A DNA stretch of 64,000 nt from Spizellomyces punctatus DAOM BR117 (Eukaryota): the NCBI GenBank assembly GCA_000182565.2, contig KQ257452.1. The stretch is one strand, 5' to 3'. Both the position numbers and the translations under genes were made by a program. Of the stretch, positions 59,801-64,000 are shown one piece after another. Positions within the stretch are counted from its first letter, which is position 1; the number at the start of each line of letters is the position of its first letter. The notes beneath the pieces are model-generated. The model did no database searches and was not told the origin of the DNA. It saw nothing but the letters and a program-made list of their open reading frames with translations.

Positions 59801-61465
59801 ATGGTCAACGTGCAACAACAACAAGAACAGACGGCTGCGGGTCTTGCCTCAGTCGCTGTCGTCAAGCCAGTCCCTTCCCTCTACGAACGCAAGTATGGCG
59901 CATACGGGGCTCAGCGCTTTTCGCCCTTGCTTCATCACTCGAGTGACCACCGGCGTCCACCCGTCGACAAGGACGTAGGAAAGGAACGGAGCAAGCACCT
60001 GGCTCAAAAGGCTGCCAACAAGTGTGCAAACTGTGGCACAATGTCTACTCCACTATGGAGGAGAGGACCCAAGGGTGAAGTCATTTGCAATGCTTGTGGT
60101 GAGTTTTGTTAGGGTTAGGGTTAGAGTGTTGGAGTTTGGTTCAGGTTAGGGTTCGGGTTGGAGTTGGGTTAGGGTTGACGTTCGCGTTTTCGTGTTCGGG
60201 TTAGGATTCGTTTTCTGGTCGGGGTTAGGGCCATGACTCGCTGACGCTCGTCATGGCATAGTTACTCACATTCGCCCCCTTTCATAGGCCTCTATTTAAA
60301 GGCGAGAAATACATATCGTCCGACATGGCTCAAGCAACGCCGCCCGAAAAAGGAGGGAGATTCTGCGCAGGCCGCACCACCACCATCATTGACATCGTCC
60401 AACAACCATACCATTGAGCGGGCGCCCACCTCTTTGGACGCGCTCGTCACCATTGCACATTTGACCACCCATATTCCCCAACTCGTCCCCGTCAAACAAG
60501 AAGATGGTTTGCGTCCAAACGTCTCGACTCCATTTATGGGCGACACGTTGCCCGATGCGCACATTAAGCAGCAGCAAGGATGTCACTCTGGTCTTGGCAG
60601 GCCTCCCGGACCCGGCCGCGAACACATGCAGTGCATCAACTGCAGTACGACAAGCACTCCTCTTTGGAGGCGCGACGATAAAGGCAATGCCATTTGCAAC
60701 GCCTGTGGATTGTACTACAAGCTCCACCACACTCATCGCCCAGTGACCATGAAGCGGGCCGTCATTAAACGTCGCAAGCGCGTGACACCCAACTCGGGTG
60801 CGGTCCTGTCTCCGTACGAGACAAGTTTGTGGTCCTCAATTGACGCTTCTGCTGATCATGGAGCACCAGCGAGTGCGGCAGACGCGGAGCACCGTCGCAG
60901 GGACACGCCTCCCCAGCAGCAGCAACAACAGCAACAACAACAGACGAGCGAGGGCAGATTTGTACTTCCTCCCCTCAAATCGATTTTACCCATGGGACCC
61001 ATGGCACTGGACGCGTCTCCCGCGTCATCGACATTGTCATCTTCGTCGCCTCCGGCGATGGACGCTCCTTTGGTCGATGGGTCCTTGTCGTTCCGCATGT
61101 TACCTTCACCGTTTGCCAATCCGCCTCCCGCCGCGGCGAGGTCACCATACCCAACCTCCCCCGCCACACAGCATGAGCCTATGACCGTCAACTCTGGACT
61201 CATCCAGCACACAAGGGCCGAACTCGTGAATGAGATTGACCGCCTCAAAACGCTTTTATCGCACAAGGCTGGTATTTTGGTGGGGTTAGACCAGGCTGAA
61301 CGTTTCATGGACCAACATGCTCCCCAGCCGTTTGGAAACGAGACGGTCCGACTTCCTCCCATTCGTGAGGCGTTTGATTTACAGCGACATGAAGGGTTGG
61401 AGGATGCTGAAGCATCTGCGACGCAAGCGCTCATGTCGTTGGCGACTGGGGCGGGAATGCGTTGA
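59801..61465 (+). CDS. Two-zinc-finger GATA transcription factor (SreA/Fep1/Urbs1-like)
   Basis: [14 protein letters not shown]...[14 protein letters not shown] and [15 protein letters not shown]...[11 protein letters not shown]...IKRRKR. Poly-Q tract and C-terminal coiled coil; intron 60099-60287. Confidence 0.9.
60109..60230 (+). repeat. Degenerate telomere-like (TTAGGG) tract inside the GATA intron
   Basis: Perfect TTAGGG at 60109, 60115, 60146, 60169 and 60225, interspersed with TTAGAG/TTCGGG/TTGGAG/TTAGGA variants. Confidence 0.75.
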
Positions 61466-63354
61466 TGCAGTTTTTGGCTAGAAGTGTGTTGACGTTGTAT
61501 ATACACTTGTGGGTGTATTGTTTTTGTACTATTGGTGTGTTGTTGTGTGCGTTTATGATGATGATGCATGTGGAGACTTTTCAAAACCACCATGCAATTC
61601 GTGCAAATGTTTCTTTTCTGTTGATGCTGTCCTTTTTATTGGTACTTTTGCAGAGTTGGGTGGGATGGACCCTATTTGATCTTTGGCGGCTTTGCAGGCA
61701 GAAAGTGCAGACAAATACACTGGCGTGGAGTGGAACCACTTGGGTACTGGCGACAACCAACGTATGTAGATACAGCTACTGGACCCACTAGGCAATACAT
61801 AACGGTTGATCTAACCGGGTAATTGTTGTCAAAGGGGGCCCTGATATGCTCAGTACAAGGAGCTTTTTACACCCGTCTAGCAAAAGAGGTCGACCGGCCA
61901 AAACTGTCTCCAAAGCCAATTTTCACAGCGATATTGCAATGTATTGCATTAGCTCTCTGTGTGTGTGTAGTAACTCTCAACCACCATGAGAGAAAATCGT
62001 AATAAACCTCGTTTCAAAGCTTTTTTGATCGGATAATGTGATAGATACTAGTAAAGCAGTCGATAATGAGCTTTATGAAAACCGCATGGAATCACAGGAG
62101 CACAGTAGAAGGAGTAGTAGTCTGGGCGATTGCTTGTTATTTGTCGGGAGTTACAGGTCCATCAGTATCCAGATCATTCTCATCGAAAATTGTTTTTGAT
62201 GAGTTGGCCAAATTGCTTGAGAGTCAGAACAAGAGAAGGGGAATGTGATGCGAAATCAACTCATCAGATGGCAAGAGACAGTCACTTTATCGCATGCATG
62301 TAAATGGACCCATTTTCATATGGCCTTAGGGTAACTGACCTTGGGATATTCCCATACACGACACCATACTCTACTATAATCTACATATCCATAACAAGAG
62401 ATGCCCAAAAACTTGGGACCGGCGATCATCACAGTCTACATCGCCTTTTTTTGAAGCTTTACAAGAGTCCAATCCTAATGCTGCTTTCCCATCTCACCTC
62501 CTGTCCCTACTGCTTGCCATTCACAGTCTTTTACAAAGCATAACCATATTCATACCCATCCACCTCCTCAACACCCTCTCATATTCTAAAAGTTTGGTTT
62601 TTGGAAAAAAATAAAAATACAGTGTGTGTGTCAAACAGGTTCGTTTTGTCTAGCATTCCGACCATGGAAAAGTTTGTAATCACTTTTGAAAACTATACCG
62701 GTTTTTGATATCGGTTGATTTATGAAATTGTACTGTTGGAGTGAGTAGAAACGTGTACTAGTGCAAATGGCAGATACGAAGTAAAGAAGGAATCACACTT
62801 TTATTCTGTCGCATTTTGTTTGAATATGGTGAATGGAATGCAAGGCATTGTTTTGAAAAGAGGTAATGATATCCATCTTGTCATTTTGCACATTTGTATC
62901 GTCAGACCGGAAAAGGTCGTCCTGGGGAGCTTTCGCTACATAATCCAAATGAAGAAACTTTTCTTCCTACTTTTCTACAAGACGACCTACAAGAAAACAA
63001 TCCCAATCTCTCCGAAACCATCTCGAGAAAAAAAAAAAATGAGGCCCATTATAATTGGAAAACGTTGAACGAAGAAGGCTATCCCGTTGACGGTTTTTGG
63101 CAGGTGTGCGTGGAGGACAATCTGTTTTGACCCTTATGTCTATTCTTGCATAGTAATAGTATGTCATATTGGATCTACATCCTTTTTTTTTTGCTATTAC
63201 TTGTATCGCTCCACTCAGATGTAAACACTCGCAAAACCTCGTAACTACTCGCCTACCATCCCAGACTCACCTCATCATCATAGCAACATGGGCAAAACCC
63301 CCTCATTAGCAACAACCACACCACTGACCATTCACAACAGACTTACCTACCAGC

Positions 63355-64000
63355 ATGTCCTCTCCACCTCATGTACCAACATTTACACTCTCCAATGGTG
63401 TCCAACTCCCCTCACTAGGCCGTACGTACACTGACCCACACTCTCACACACTAAAAAACTAACATGCGTGGCGTTAGTGGGAACTTATCGACTCAAGGGA
63501 ACAGAATGCCGCGAGGTGGTCAAGAATGCACTTAAAGTTGGGTATAGGTTAATCGATACTGCTGCCGTCTACAAGGTAAACCAAAAAACGAAATCCTCTA
63601 TGTCTATGGAAAAAATGGGCTGACAAAAAGTAAAAAGAATGAAAGTGATGTGGGAGCGGCTGTACAAGAATTGGTAAATACTGGGGAAATTACCCGGGAA
63701 CAAGTATTCATTACGACCAAGATATGTGAGTTTTTAGAGTTTGTTTGATTATTGAGTTTGAGAGGGGCTAAGATTGCTTTTTGGATTTTAGCGCCCAAGG
63801 ATCAAGGATTTGATAAAGCGTATGCAGCGGGATTAACATGTCTTTCCAACCTCGGTCTATCTTGTACGTTTTACCTACCTCCCAAAACACCACACTACAA
63901 CCACATCACTGACATACACAAAACCATTTTCAGACATTGACCTCCTCTTAATCCACTGGCCAGGCACACAAGGCCGCAAACCCACCGACCCCCGCAACAC
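63355..64000 (+). CDS. Aldo-keto reductase (partial, runs off window end)
   Basis: MSSPPHVPTFTLSNGVQLPSLG-LGTYR...GYRLIDTAAVYK-NESDVG...REQVFITTK...YIDLLLIHWP, covering the AKR catalytic D/Y/K/H positions. Confidence 0.92.

Noticed and set aside
58781-59946. Several His/Thr- or Cys/Val-rich ORFs upstream of the GATA gene
   Set aside because: Artefacts of (GT)n/(CT)n microsatellite and low-complexity DNA.
62755-62768. GTACTAGTGCAAAT resembles the inner part of the Fanzor left TIR (GTACTAGTGCCAAT)
   Set aside because: Only 13/14 nt match, the similarity does not extend to the CCGCAC terminus, and there is no partner end. Likely chance.

Overview
Gene-dense eukaryotic genomic DNA from an early-diverging fungus. 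It is most likely a chytrid of the genus Spizellomyces; this is inferred from short GT-AG introns, a KilA-N/ankyrin SBF gene, a Zwilch gene, a bacterial/plant-type leuA and a Spu-type Fanzor. About 30 mostly spliced protein genes and two tRNAs (Ile-AAT, Ala-CGC) can be supported. The main feature is a complete 2,153-bp non-autonomous transposon at 55424-57576 (- strand). It has ~31-bp terminal inverted repeats and a TA duplication, and encodes an intact 634-aa Fanzor1 (eukaryotic TnpB-like RuvC nuclease). The gene is followed by a structured ~75-nt right-end omegaRNA scaffold that would read into flanking DNA to give a ~15-nt guide, and a 5'-CATA motif abuts the left end. Together these form a eukaryotic RNA-guided endonuclease locus programmed against its own empty insertion site. 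The Fanzor family is published, but this copy's guide and scaffold variant are read directly here. About 4 kb away is a ~2,170-aa DNMT5-type methyltransferase-SNF2 gene. Other points of note: Zwilch, an 11-nt Walker-A microexon, a probable frameshifted 7TM gene, a two-finger GATA factor lacking the Cys-rich iron sensor with TTAGGG-like repeats in its intron, and a change in sequence style after ~44.9 kb. Exon boundaries were read by eye and family calls are from motif recognition, not database searches.
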